The notes under the pieces are model-generated. The model was not told where the DNA came from. It worked only from the letters and a program-made list of their open reading frames with translations, and made no database searches. This document shows positions 29,100 through 40,792 of a stretch of DNA of 64,000 nt, in pieces. A program made the position numbers and the translations under genes. The stretch comes from Eledone cirrhosa (taxonomy: Eukaryota), in contig OZ024745.1 in NCBI GenBank assembly GCA_964016885.1, positions 55,056,001 to 55,120,000 on the forward strand. The letters are read 5' to 3'. Each line of letters begins with the position of its first letter. The first letter of the stretch is position 1.

Positions 29100-29773
29100 G
29101 ATGGACAGGTGGACAGAAGTCCCTCAAATTTATATACATGTGAATGGAGTTGTACTGAAGCAGTTAGAGAGGTTCAAGTATCTTGGAGCCATGTTCATGA
29201 GTGATGGAATGCAGGAGACTGAATTAAGTGCGAGAATTGCAAGAGCTGATGCAGCTAAGCGCCAGCCTCAGCAATCAGATGAAGGGGTAGGTATAAAAGC
29301 CAAACTCGCTGTCTTCCTGGTATTCCTGCCAAATCTTACCGAGGATCATGAATCTTGAGTAATGACCAAAAGAATACAATTACAAATAAAAGTGGCAGAA
29401 ATGTGATTCCTCAGAAGGGACTTTGGAGTAGCGTTACTCGATAAAGTGCATAACTCAGAGACCAGAGAGTCACTCCTGGTACAGCCACTACTTCTCCAAA
29501 TTGAGAGGTCACAACTCCGATATTATGAGCATGTGGTTAGAATGTCTCAGTAAAAAATCGCTGGACACATTTTACAGGCAAAACTAACCGGCAAGAGACC
29601 TAGTGGTAGACCCTGAGCAAGATAGTTGGATAACATCCATGAGCTTGGCTGGTCACGCTTTGGGATCCAGGTGGATCAGTTAGAGATTTTTGCTACTTAC
29701 AGACTCGCTGGAAGGAGTGTATGAGATAGACTCAACGACCACAACCCTCTCAGAAATAAGCGGGTGAAGAAGA
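29100..29773 (+). pseudogene. 3' fragment of an RTE-clade LINE
   Basis: LKQLERFKYLG...ELSARIARA...HES*VMT...PLLLQIERSQLR...GKRPSGRP, with stops and a short GAA tail. Confidence 0.8.
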
Positions 29774-30048
29774 TATTGTCAATTTACTTTTCAATTTACA
29801 TATATCTATATGCATATATATTTGCGTATAATACCAATATGCACACAACATATGCTAGCAGAAAACCAGTCGAAGGGCGGCCTTTCAGGTAGTTTTTATA
29901 AGAAAACTAGTTATATTCCATATATTAATTTTGTAAAAATAATTAAGTTTGCATTTGTAAGGACTACATAAGTTACCTCGCTGATTTACAATATATTTAC
30001 TCTTTTACTAGCTCCAGGCATCCGGCTGAGGCCATGCTGGGGCACTGG

Positions 30049-30097
<49 letters not shown>

Positions 30098-30186
30098 TAA
30101 CAGATTAAAGTTTAAGCAAAGAATCGGTGCTTTCACCCTTAACGGGATCTTGAGTTTCAGAAGATTCTGTTACTTGTTGTTATTAT

Positions 30187-30557
30187 TGGCAGTATCGGTA
30201 GAGGGTCAGACGCCATGCATTGCAGCACAGTTACGTCCCTTTACGAACTGAGTTAACTTTGCCATTCATCCTTACGGGGTCGATAAAATAAAGTACCAGT
30301 AGTGTACTGTGTAATTGCTGGCCTTGTGCCAAAAGTAGAAACAATTATTATTATTATTAGTATTGTAAGGGCGGTGGATTGGCAGTATCGGTAGAGGGTC
30401 GGACGCCATGCTTTCCAGCATAGTTACGTCCCTTTACGATCTGAGTTCAAATCCCGCCGAGGTTGACTTTGCCTTTCATCCTTACGGGCTCGATAAAATA
30501 AAGTACCAGTAATGCACTGGGTAATTGCTGGCCTTGTGCCTAAAGTAGAAACAATTA
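30187..30557 (+). mobile_element. Two tandem tRNA-derived SINEs (~30187-30347 and ~30370-30557)
   Basis: Same family, with (TTA)n tails. Confidence 0.9.
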
Positions 30558-30568
30558 TTATTAGTATT

Positions 30569-31575
30569 GTTCTTTGAGTCTCAGTCATTGATGTTATTTA
30601 ACTGGAAAGTGTGTTGAAATGAATATCAAGCCACTACCTGCAACCTCATATATTCAGAACGTATTGGAAGGTTCTTGCTGTTCCCAGCAAGCATGCCTTT
30701 TGAAGTGTTCCAAAAAGCGGGGCTGGACTACTCTTCTTTGACCATCCTTGGAAACTCTTTGAGATAGTACCTAGTGCGCCTATGACTTTGACTTCACGGC
30801 AGTTCCAAATCCTTTTTACCTCCCACTTTAAGTCCTGGTATCGGTTAATTTTCTCCCTCTCCTTCTCTTGCACTTTTGTGTCGAATGGGCAGGTCACATC
30901 CACAATCAGGCACGATCTTTTTTCCTTGTCCAAAACCACCAGGTCATGTCTATTGTGTTCCAGTTTCTTGTCCGTCTTTATCATAAAATCCCATAGCACC
31001 TTCACCTATTCGTTTTCTATCACCAACTCTGGCTTATGCTCATACCACTTCTCAGAATGTGGTAAATTGTTTACTTTGCATAGGTGCCAGTGGATCAATC
31101 TGCCTGTGACATCATGTTTCCAGCCTTTATAGTGAGTCTGGGCTAGGTGTTTACACTCGGATACAATGTGAGCCACAATCTCCTCTCTCTCTCTCCACAT
31201 ATCCTACACAGTGGGCTAGCCTCCTCCTTGTAAATATGGTGTTTCACCCACTTCACTCTGAGGGCCTGCTCTTACGCAGCCATTAGCATTCGTTCTGTAG
31301 CTTTTTTAAGGATTGCTCATGAAGGTTGCTCTTACTCCTTGTTGTTATTTCCTCCTTGGACATCCCCTGGTCTATTGTCTTCTCCTTCAGTACAATTTTG
31401 AGCATTGGCTCCCTACTGTCAGTCACGTATTTGTGCAGGTTATTTTTCTCCATCTGATCACAGTCCTCTATGCTGATGAAACCTCTTCCACCTTCAGATC
31501 TCTTTAAGTAGAGACTATCGACATCATTCTTCTTAGGGAACATGTTGTAGATAGTCAATAGCTTCCCATTCTTCC
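30569..31575 (-). mobile_element. 5'-truncated R4/Dong-clade non-LTR element (CCHC finger + RLE domain)
   Basis: LYLKRSEGGRG, AHIVSECKHLAQ..Y..KHD, LWDFMIKTD...NRHDLVV...IVDVTCPFD...EKINRYQDL...GALG...LQKACLLGT; flanked by (TAA)n. Confidence 0.88.
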
Positions 31576-31646
<71 letters not shown>

Positions 31647-31897
31647 GTTCTTTGAGTCTCAGTCATTGATGTTATTTAACTGGAAAGTTTGTTGAATTGA
31701 ATATCAAGCCACTACCTGCAGCCTCAGATATTCAGGACGCATCGTAGAGTTCTTGCTGTTTCCAGCAAGCATGCCTTTTGAAGTGTTCCAAAAAGCGGGG
31801 CGGGGCCAATTTTCTTTAACCATCCCCGGAAATTCTTTGAGATAGTCCCTCGTGCGCCTATGACAATCGGGATCACTTTGACTTCATGGCAGTTCCA
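31647..31897 (-). mobile_element. Second, shorter 5'-truncated R4/Dong copy
   Basis: Direct repeat of ~30569-30810, bounded by (TTA)n on both sides. Confidence 0.85.
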
Positions 31898-31935
31898 TTA
31901 TTATTAATATTATTATTATTATTATTATTATTATT

Positions 31936-34900
31936 GGTGACCTACGTAGGAAATCGTATTATCGTGAGCTCCGCAAAGGTTTGTTATTTCCGTTTGTTTA
32001 AAAATTGCCATTTATGGAAAATTTTATTGTTAACTGTTTATAAGCACACATACATTGTTTTCCGAAAAGGACACCGAAAAAGATTGGGGCCTTGTGCCCA
32101 AAATTTTAACTTTTATTATTATCCAAAAATTTCTTTGAAAAAAAATGGCTAATTCCCCTCTGCACGAAGCAGCTGAAAGCCTTCCTCACAAAATAACACC
32201 TCACACCGAAACCACCATTGTAAATGTTACTACGTTTGCCAACACAAAAAAAAATATAAGCAGTAGCAATATTTTAAATTTGTCTCAGGCAGACATTCAT
32301 TTCCCGCCATTACCAATGACTGCAGGTGTTAAAGCCTCCACCACCACCAACACCGCGACAACCACCACCCCCACCACCACCGCGACAACAGAAACAAAAG
32401 AAGAAAAACATAAATTAACTCGTGATGTCGAAATGAAATTAAGCAAAATGGACTCTTCCGCACCAAAGACGACTGACGCCACCACCACCACAACTGAAAC
32501 TAAAATTAATATTAACACAAATAACGATAGCAACAACAACAACAATGACATTATAAAACCGACCCTCAGTTTCGCCATCGTAGCAAAACAATTCGAAGCG
32601 TTCACGGTAACTCAAGAGGATTTAGAAAATGCCAAACAAATGGTAAAGAAAGATGGGTACAGGGTCAGCCTCAGACACACACCTAATAAAATGGAGCATC
32701 GGCGCCTATGCACCGATGAGGCGCTTAGCAAAGGCATCGCGACCGACGTACTTGCGGCGAAATTGGCCCTTGACCAATTCTTCAATGCAAAGCACGAAGG
32801 CTGCGTTGTCAGAGCTAGGGTGCGTGCTCTCAGACACGAGGGGACGAAAGCCGTTCAATGGGCCCGAGTGGCGGAGGCGCGTCGTGGCAACAAAGCCACG
32901 ATCCGGTCTTTGGTGGACCACGACGGGCGCATGCTACTCGATCCCGGGCAAATCTGTGAAGCTTTTCAGCGACACTTCGCTCAACTGTTCGGGGGCAGTG
33001 GCGGGCCGGATCGAGGGATGGACTTTAGTGTCTACCTCGACGGACTGCCGCGGCTTTCGGCCACTGAGGCGGAGTGTTGCGAAAAGCCGATAACAACCGC
33101 TGAAGTACGGGAGGCAATGACTAGTTGCACAAGGGGTAAATCGCCTGGTTTGGATGGTCTGCCCTATGAACTTTACGTACAAATGCCAAACTTGTTCGGA
33201 GGCCTCTTGGCGGACGTCTACTGCAACTGGCAACAGAACGGGAGAATTCCCAGCTCTGTGAGCCGAGGAGCGGTGGCGCTGCTGAGAAAGGATCCGAACA
33301 AGGGGGATAACATAGATAATTTTAGGCCCATAACTCTGCTAAACACAGAGTTCAAGATTTTGGCCAAAGTGCTAGCAAAGAGGTTGGCGCTTGTCGTTGG
33401 TGGTCTGGTGGTAGAGGCACAGACATGCGCCATTCCCGACAGATCCATCCACGACAACCTCCACCTCATGCGATACATCGTAGAGAGGGTAGCTAGGGAA
33501 CCTGGCACGGGTGGGTCTTTGATCAATTTAGATCAGTCGAAAGCCTTCGATAGGGTCGACCATCGTTACCTAGCGGCAGTCCTGAGGGCGGCTGGCTTTG
33601 GGCCCGTCTTCAGAGGCTGGATCGCTGCCATGCACGGCGATATCTGCTCTGTGGTGAGAGTGATCGGTCACCTTTCGGAACCGTTCAACATCATGCGCTC
33701 GGTCCGCCAAGGATGTTCCATCTCGTCCCTCTTGTACGTATTGTCTCTCGAGCCATTACTGCAAAAACTGGAGACGTTGAGGGTTTTCCCGCGCGAACTA
33801 GGATGCCGAAGATCCGTGTCAGCATATGCGTACGATGTCACCGTAGTGGTGTCGAACGCCAAACACATCGAGGCGATCGGCACTACACTAAGAGAATACG
33901 AAGCGGTGACAGGAGCAATGATCAACCAGGAAAAGTCAGTGGGCCTGCAGCTCGGCACCTGGAGAGGCAGGTCCATGCCGTCCAACAGCATCGTCTGGCG
34001 CTGGACGGACCGGTTAAATTGCTAGGGTCTGGTTCGGTCCGGACCTCCAGACGAACAAACACTGGGACGAGGTGACGAGCAGGGTGGCTTCTCTCACGCA
34101 GAAATGGGTGGAGAGGAAGCTTTCCTTGAAAGCTCGAGCGGAGGTGGCTAACGCGTACATCGCATCCGTCATCTACTACCGCCTGGCCGTCTTACCTTGT
34201 CCTAAGCCCCGCCTGACTGCGCTGGAGCGTTTGCTCTTTCGTTTTTTGTGGAAGGGACACCTCCGATGGTCAGGCGGTCCATCTGCTGTCAACACCTGCT
34301 ACGTGGAGGGATGGGCATGCCGTGTCTGATGATGGGGTTACACGCGCTCAGGCTACGACATCTCCACCTGTTCCTCGACGGTTATCAGGTGTGGTCGCCG
34401 TTTGCTAGACGCGTCTTTCCCCATCTCCTCTCCTTCACGGAGCTGCAGTATTTGGTCAAGCGGAGACAGAGAGGGAGCGCTTGGAGACTGGAATGTCTTC
34501 AGGCGCTCACAGCCCTCGACTAATCGGGCAATGTGATCGGTGGAAACTCCACCTTGGCATTCTATAGAGGATTAGTGGAGTGGAAGAGTGACAACGTACA
34601 TGGGGAAAGTCTAGGCGTGGACGAAAATCAACTAGCCAATCTCTTCGGAAGAACTTTCGGGCCGGGGCCTATGGACAACTTCCAGAAATCCCTAGCCTGG
34701 TAGTGCTACCGAGGAGCTTTGCCAGTTCGGGATAAACTCTACAGGCATGGAGGTGCCGTCAGCCGGGCATGTCCGAGTTGCGCGTAGGGCGACGAAACCG
34801 TCCTGCACGCACACCACCGGTGTCGGAGCATTGCTGACTTGTGGGTTTATGTCGAACACCTGCTGTCGCGTGTATGACGGATCCAGCTATCAGTTGAGTC

Positions 34901-35440
34901 CATCGTGAAGATTGCCCCGCCCTCTTCCTTTAGCCGGGAAAGGCAGGCAGGTTTTATCTGTTTGGTGGCCATGGCGAAAGAGATAGTATGGTGGACACAT
35001 TTGAAAGGGCTGAAGACGAGCACTTACCTCTTCGGTGATGCCCTGATTAACTTTTTCAAATTTTATTAGAAAATGAAAATCAGGGTATAGAGGGAAGTGC
35101 TCTCTTCCCAGCATTTTGTTGAAAGATGGGTGAGAGAGGCAACAATGGCCCGAGTGAATAGGCCTACTCTGAGTATGTGTCTGTAAATTAAAGGTGGAAA
35201 ACAACTGGGAGAGGGCACTTGCCCTGGTGGTCAGGGTTACTGTGGCTTTTTAATGGCTTTCTCCACGAATGTCCCTCGGAAGTCTCCCCCGTATTGGGGA
35301 ATTTTTCATTGTTATTTTTTTTGTTACATCGTCTGTTTTTGTTTTTTACACGCAGAAATGCCCATTTGCAACGTCCTGTATTGTCCTGTATTGTCCTTAA
35401 TGTCTACTTTATATAAACCCTTGTGGTTAATAAAGAAAGC
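31936..35440 (+). mobile_element. Tx1/L1-clade retrotransposon copy 1, internally deleted (no endonuclease), inserted in (ATT)n
   Basis: 5' UTR, Thr-rich ORF1 start, RT motifs, C-terminal region, AATAAA then (ATT)n. Confidence 0.9.
32145..34025 (+). CDS. 626-aa ORF: ORF1 N-terminus fused in frame to a Tx1-like reverse transcriptase (probably inactive)
   Basis: KSPGLDGLPYE, NFRPITLLN, LDQSKAFDRVDH, VRQGC, and YAYD in place of YADD; abrupt compositional change near 32690. Confidence 0.8.
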   Translation: MANSPLHEAAESLPHKITPHTETTIVNVTTFANTKKNISSSNILNLSQADIHFPPLPMTAGVKASTTTNTATTTTPTTTATTETKEEKHKLTRDVEMKLSKMDSSAPKTTDATTTTTETKININTNNDSNNNNNDIIKPTLSFAIVAKQFEAFTVTQEDLENAKQMVKKDGYRVSLRHTPNKMEHRRLCTDEALSKGIATDVLAAKLALDQFFNAKHEGCVVRARVRALRHEGTKAVQWARVAEARRGNKATIRSLVDHDGRMLLDPGQICEAFQRHFAQLFGGSGGPDRGMDFSVYLDGLPRLSATEAECCEKPITTAEVREAMTSCTRGKSPGLDGLPYELYVQMPNLFGGLLADVYCNWQQNGRIPSSVSRGAVALLRKDPNKGDNIDNFRPITLLNTEFKILAKVLAKRLALVVGGLVVEAQTCAIPDRSIHDNLHLMRYIVERVAREPGTGGSLINLDQSKAFDRVDHRYLAAVLRAAGFGPVFRGWIAAMHGDICSVVRVIGHLSEPFNIMRSVRQGCSISSLLYVLSLEPLLQKLETLRVFPRELGCRRSVSAYAYDVTVVVSNAKHIEAIGTTLREYEAVTGAMINQEKSVGLQLGTWRGRSMPSNSIVWRWTDRLNC

Positions 35441-35754
35441 ATTATTATTATTATTATTATTAATGTATCATTATAAATAGTGTATAGTCTTCATTTCCTC
35501 TTTAATGTTTTACTGATATTAACATTAGAGACTTTCGAAGTGATTTCATTCCCTCGTTTCTTAGAGCAGGCACTTCTGATAATGCAAATTTCACGTTTCA
35601 GGCCTCTTGTAGCCTTTCTATAAAGGTCACACTCTTTATTGTTATTTGAGGTACACTCTTTATTGTTATTTGACGCGCGATCGGATTGTGTGAGAGTAAT
35701 TGGTAGAAACGGTGTGTGCAAAGCCTCAAGAATGTGATCAGGCATTTCCAAATG

Positions 35755-36960
35755 TCTGAACGTTACCGGTTAGATTTCCCGAATACACCAGTTTTGACCT
35801 AGACCATAGAGTCGACCTAATCGTATGTAGATCGACCTTTCCTTAGGTCAACTTATATGGATATCATAGAATCTCTATATGTCCAAACGTAGCAAATACA
35901 GATCACAAGTTCGTGAACGGCATGATGGACCTAAATCGGATACGTAGACAGAGATTGGTTTACTAAAAGCTAAAAGCCACGTGTAAATCGTACAATGACC
36001 GGGTTAGCTCATTAGATAGGGTAAATCTACAAAGGGGTCATCAACAACGGGTGTTGAGGTACTCTCAAGGGAGAGATTAGAGTAGAATCTATAGTGTTTA
36101 GTAAATTTGAAGAAATAGAAGATCGACAGGTGGGGGACTAAGAGCTACATAAGAAGGGGCGATTAAAATTGGCATTGCAACCAAGATGCTAGCAACGAGA
36201 ATCAGTTGACAATTTATGCAATGCAAATCATGTTGCATTCTCCGAGCGAAGATGCCTTCTCTGAGAACCGACAGAACGAAAACTGTTACATCAACCCGTT
36301 TGCAGAGCTATATTGTTGGAACACAAGCACAATTCGGTTTTTGTCGGTCAAAGATGTTTGCATCTTTATCGAATCCAAATGTGCCTGGATTTTCACCAGC
36401 ATATTTACGTAGATATACTAAACTTGCATTCCGACCACCTCAAACCCTTCTACTGCAAATGGCAGTAGAACGTGAGAATTCCTAGTTCTCTTAGTGAGAG
36501 CTTAGTAACGTTGATGATGAATGATTAGCACAAGATGAACATAATTGATAACTTTCATTCATGCGTCTGTACATATTGACTCTTGAGCAATTACGACGGA
36601 AGTTTGAGCTGTTTCAGGACATCTCGCTTGAACCGCTACGTGGAAGGGCTGTTTCGGCTTGTGCGAACGACCTTATCGTGTTGATGTCGAACACCTAGGA
36701 AATCGATGTGGACAAAAACTAGTTAGATTAATATGAAAGGTTGATCCAAAAAAAGAAAAAAGCAAGAAAAAGTCAGTGAATTTGCGGCTCGGCATCTGGA
36801 GAAACAAATTCCTGCCGTACAACATGGCCACTCTTACGAAGGAATGAACCAAGAGGTACCTATCGCAGAAAGATTGGGTTGATGGCGCGAACACGTTTAT
36901 CGCGTTGTTCATCTATTATAGCCTGACGTCTTGCCGTAACTAGGTTTCCGCCTCACCAAA
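35755..36960 (+). pseudogene. Highly degenerate Tx1-like fragment with multiple deletions
   Basis: Patches matching the other copies: TACCGGTTAGATTTCCCG, GATCACAAG, ATTAGAGTAGAATCTATAG, GCGAACACGTTTATCGCG...ATCTATTAT. Confidence 0.6.
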
Positions 36961-37005
36961 TTCAAGTGCCTAACTTTCAACATGTTCTAGATGGGATAGG
37001 TTGTG

Positions 37006-37029
37006 TTAGGGTTAGGGTTAGGGTTAGGG
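37006..37029 (+). repeat. Short interstitial telomeric repeat (TTAGGG)4
   Basis: Direct reading; GGTTGTG on both sides. Confidence 0.85.
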
Positions 37030-38039
37030 TTGTGCAGGTCCATCTGCTGCTAGCAATCCCTGGGTGAATGCCTGTGTATGTTGCACCTGATAATGAACAA
37101 GCACCCGCTGAGTGTACGATATCTCCGAGTATTCCTAAACGGCGAGCAATTGTGGCCGCCTTATATGACACAAGAATTGCAGCAGATCCTCCCGTTCACT
37201 GTGCTGCTGTAGTCAGTCAAGAGAATACTAAGACGATTTCTGGCATGTGCAATGTTGCCAGACGCTCACCGCCATCTACCAATCGGGAATTGCGATCAGT
37301 GGAAATTCAACTCTAATGTTCTATAACTGTCTGATGTCAAGAAAAGCAATCTTAACCCATAAAAAAACTGTTAAATAATCTATATATTTGTAGGATATCC
37401 AGGTAGCCTCAGCTCTAATCTATAACAGTCACAGGTTGAAGTATAGAAATGACTAAATAGGCGCAAAAGATGTGGGAATTGCGGTTGCATTTATAAACTT
37501 CTTTTCCATCTTTACCAGGCTTTATAAGATTATGTGATTCTACTTCTTTTCTTTTGTTCTCATGTGAAAATATATGATTATATCAAGGTATGCATTTCTA
37601 TATATATTGCCAGTATTTGCCTTCGATTGTCTTTTCGTCAAGTCTGTAATTATACTTCAAAATATTTTCATGGTACACACGCATTATATTTCCATTTATA
37701 GAGCTCTGTGCTATAACAGTTTTCGTGAAATTATGTCTAGTGTTACTCTTGCAAATATCCAGTCTATCATTAATATATCAACCAATTCCTGAAAGGGGAT
37801 ATTAACTACACATATTGCAAACAATTTCTGAGTTTCCAGTACGCTTACAAGCATTTATAGATTGAAAAGAAGTTAAAAAAAAATAGCGAACATATATCGG
37901 TATGTCGGCTGAATTTGTATACTTCAGAATTTCCTCTTCCGGCTCAGTATTCTGTATATTATCTCAAGAGTTCTCTTGCGTTTTCTGGCTTCCCTCTCTC
38001 TTTCTCATATATATATATATATATATACATATTTTTTTC

Positions 38040-38755
38040 CCTTCCCTCCCTCCTCCGTTTTCCCAATAACTTATCTGCTCTGGGCGGTAGATATCTTGTC
38101 TTTAAAGCGTATAAACATCCGAGCCCCCCAGTAGACAACTGATGGGGAACCCCTCCTCCTTCCGTTCTTGCTTTCTTCTTATTCCCACTCTATTTTCACA
38201 TTTTCAGCTACCTTAAATAGCAACTACACAGCCATTTCTATTCGCCATATATTTTATGATATTTTCGCTGTGACCATTCTTCTCTTTCCTTCTACCTACC
38301 TATTTCGCTACTATCTACTCTTACCCCTCTTACTTCCTTTCCCTTTCTCCGTCTCACTTTCACTGATCCTATTTCTAACTGCCACCTCATTGTTTCCCTT
38401 GCCTGACCCTCTAGTAGTCCTTCTCTCACTTACAACTCGCTGGGGTCACACGTGTGTCTTTTCTCACGCCCACACAGTCTTATACTTAAGTTCTCTCATC
38501 GTGTGGTCTTGGATTTTGTTATCTTAAGTTGCTCGCACATTGCTTAGTTTGTTGTTTTTTCGCTGATTTTTCTTTTCACCGCTTTTGTTTTCCTTCCTTC
38601 CCTCCTCCGTTTTCTCAATAACTTATCCAGTTATTGACACTCTGAGCGGTAGATATCTTGTCTTTAAAGCGTAGAAATATCCGAGACCCCCAGTAGACAA
38701 CTGATGAGGAAAAATCCCCCTCCCCCCGTTCTTGCTTTATTCTTATTCCCATTCG
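38040..38755 (+). repeat. Direct repeat pair (~38040-38190 and ~38593-38755) around a CT-rich spacer, carrying a CTGATG(G/A) motif; pLTR-like
   Basis: CCCTCCTCCGTTTT...GCGGTAGATATCTTGTCTTTAAAGCGTA...CAGTAGACAACTGATG...TTCTTATTCCCA occurs twice. Confidence 0.7.
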
Positions 38756-38769
38756 ATTTTAAGCTATAT

Positions 38770-38939
38770 ATATATATAGTAATAATAAATTTGAAGACTA
38801 AAATCCAAAGAGGGCTCGATAAGGATAAATATATATCAAATATATAAGAACCGTAGAACAAATATTTATTAAAATAACAGAAGATCCCGTTAAGGGTGAA
38901 AGCAGCGATTCTTTGCTTAAACTTCAATCTGATATTTTA

Positions 38940-38945
<6 letters not shown>
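38770..38945 (+). repeat. Dispersed (TA)n-associated repeat; also at 63902-64000 and, inverted in part, at ~30090-30155
   Basis: TAATAATAAATTTGAAGACTAAAATCCAAAGAGGG shared with the window end; AGATCCCGTTAAGGGTGAAAGCA found reverse-complemented at 30.1 kb. Confidence 0.75.
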
Positions 38946-38987
<42 letters not shown>

Positions 38988-39179
38988 CGAAGGAAATGTG
39001 GTAAGGAACCAGATGGACCATAACGCACCAAAGTACTCAATACTTAGGGTAGTAGAGTGGGTAATAGGAACGAGTAGGACCCCGACGGCTGAGCGCAAGC
39101 CGTTTCGACGGCTAATTCTGGACTAAATGAACATTTTTATCCTGGTATTTGAATAGCCGATATATATATATATATGTGC

Positions 39180-39245
<66 letters not shown>

Positions 39246-39525
39246 CTGTGCGAAATTCCATCCTTGCTCACATTTCAACCAGGTTTGATGGTCTTTATTT
39301 TCTCGTTCACGATTCCACCGAATTTATATTCATAGAAATCTGAGACTTGTTCTTCTTCATCACTTTCTGTTGCTTAAACCATTTTGTTTGTTTACCCTAG
39401 CGTCCCCCTTATGTACGTGTCCCAACGACTTTTTTTAGCCGTTGCTCGCACCAACCTGAGGTATATGGCCTTTAATGCGACGAAATGCCTACGACGGTTG
39501 AAAGGCCACTGATGAGGACAAACTT

Positions 39526-39562
<37 letters not shown>

Positions 39563-40201
39563 GCGTGTTTGTGTATTGAATATGTGAGCTATTTATTCAA
39601 ACAAGATTGCAGAGTAGGGAGAATTATATTAATATATATATATATATATACACGTATACTTACATATTTATATGCATTGTAGTCATACACAAAATATAAA
39701 TAAACACACATACATATCTACATCTTGAAAAATACATTATAAACTCTCTTCAGATTCATTGAAAAAGTGAATTTTCCAAACATAATGTATGTTAATATTA
39801 ATATATTTTAAGCAGTAGACCATTTGTCAATAGAAACGGAATATGTATTATATCGAGGGGTAGAAAAATGTTGCACTATTACATATTATATAAATGGAAT
39901 TCTTTCAAATTTCACAGAAAGAGTTTTAGAGAATATGAAATATGGTGGTCGATAGGAATGTCAAATTCTAATGTAGATAAATTGCGGAAGAAGGCGAGGG
40001 TGAATTTGAAGAGTGGTGTCGGAGCTTCTTATCAAGAAGTGTCGTATGTATAAGACGTTGTTTATTGGAATAGCAATAAAATCTATAAGAGCTGTGGGGG
40101 GTGAGAGAATATTTCACATAGATAAGAATATATTTATAGGAAGATTTTCTTTTTGAATAGCGCGACAAAATGTTCCTTAACATAGTCATTAATGCCGATC
40201 C

Positions 40202-40243
<42 letters not shown>

Positions 40244-40248
40244 ATCTA

Positions 40249-40760
40249 GACGCGTGGAACATCGCTGGTAAGCTTTTTTTGTAAATTTTTATACAAAAAG
40301 CTGGACTAATTGTTTGAAAAAACATATCATTTTGTAGATTAAACCCCAAGCTGGGTGGTAATTCTGTTTTTCGCCTCTAAAGGGGCGAACATTTAATTTA
40401 AAAATTGTTTTAAAAAAATCAAATTTTGCCGACTATAAAAAATGAGTGACTCGGAAAGAACGCCGAAGAATGTTAACAGAGTGAAAAGAAGTAGAAAGGC
40501 AGATATTAACGTTATATCTGCTTCTGCCACTATGGACGTCGTCATGGATACGACTGTCAACAAAGGAAAAATATTGCCACTTGAACATTTTAAAATTTCT
40601 ACCGTCGAAGCGGAGAAAAATAACACACAACATACACAGAAAACCATAGAAAACACAGAAATTAAACCTATTCATATACATACACATGAACAAGCCAACA
40701 ACAACAACTCCATGAAATTGCGATTTCTAACACTGAGGATTACAACAACAACAACAACAA

Positions 40761-40792
<32 letters not shown>

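Noticed and set aside
30120-30172. Ribozyme-like fold on minus (AGAATC...CCCGTTAAGGG-TGAAA...GATTCT), related to 38878
   Set aside because: Core interrupted, no UH site, and the two copies disagree.
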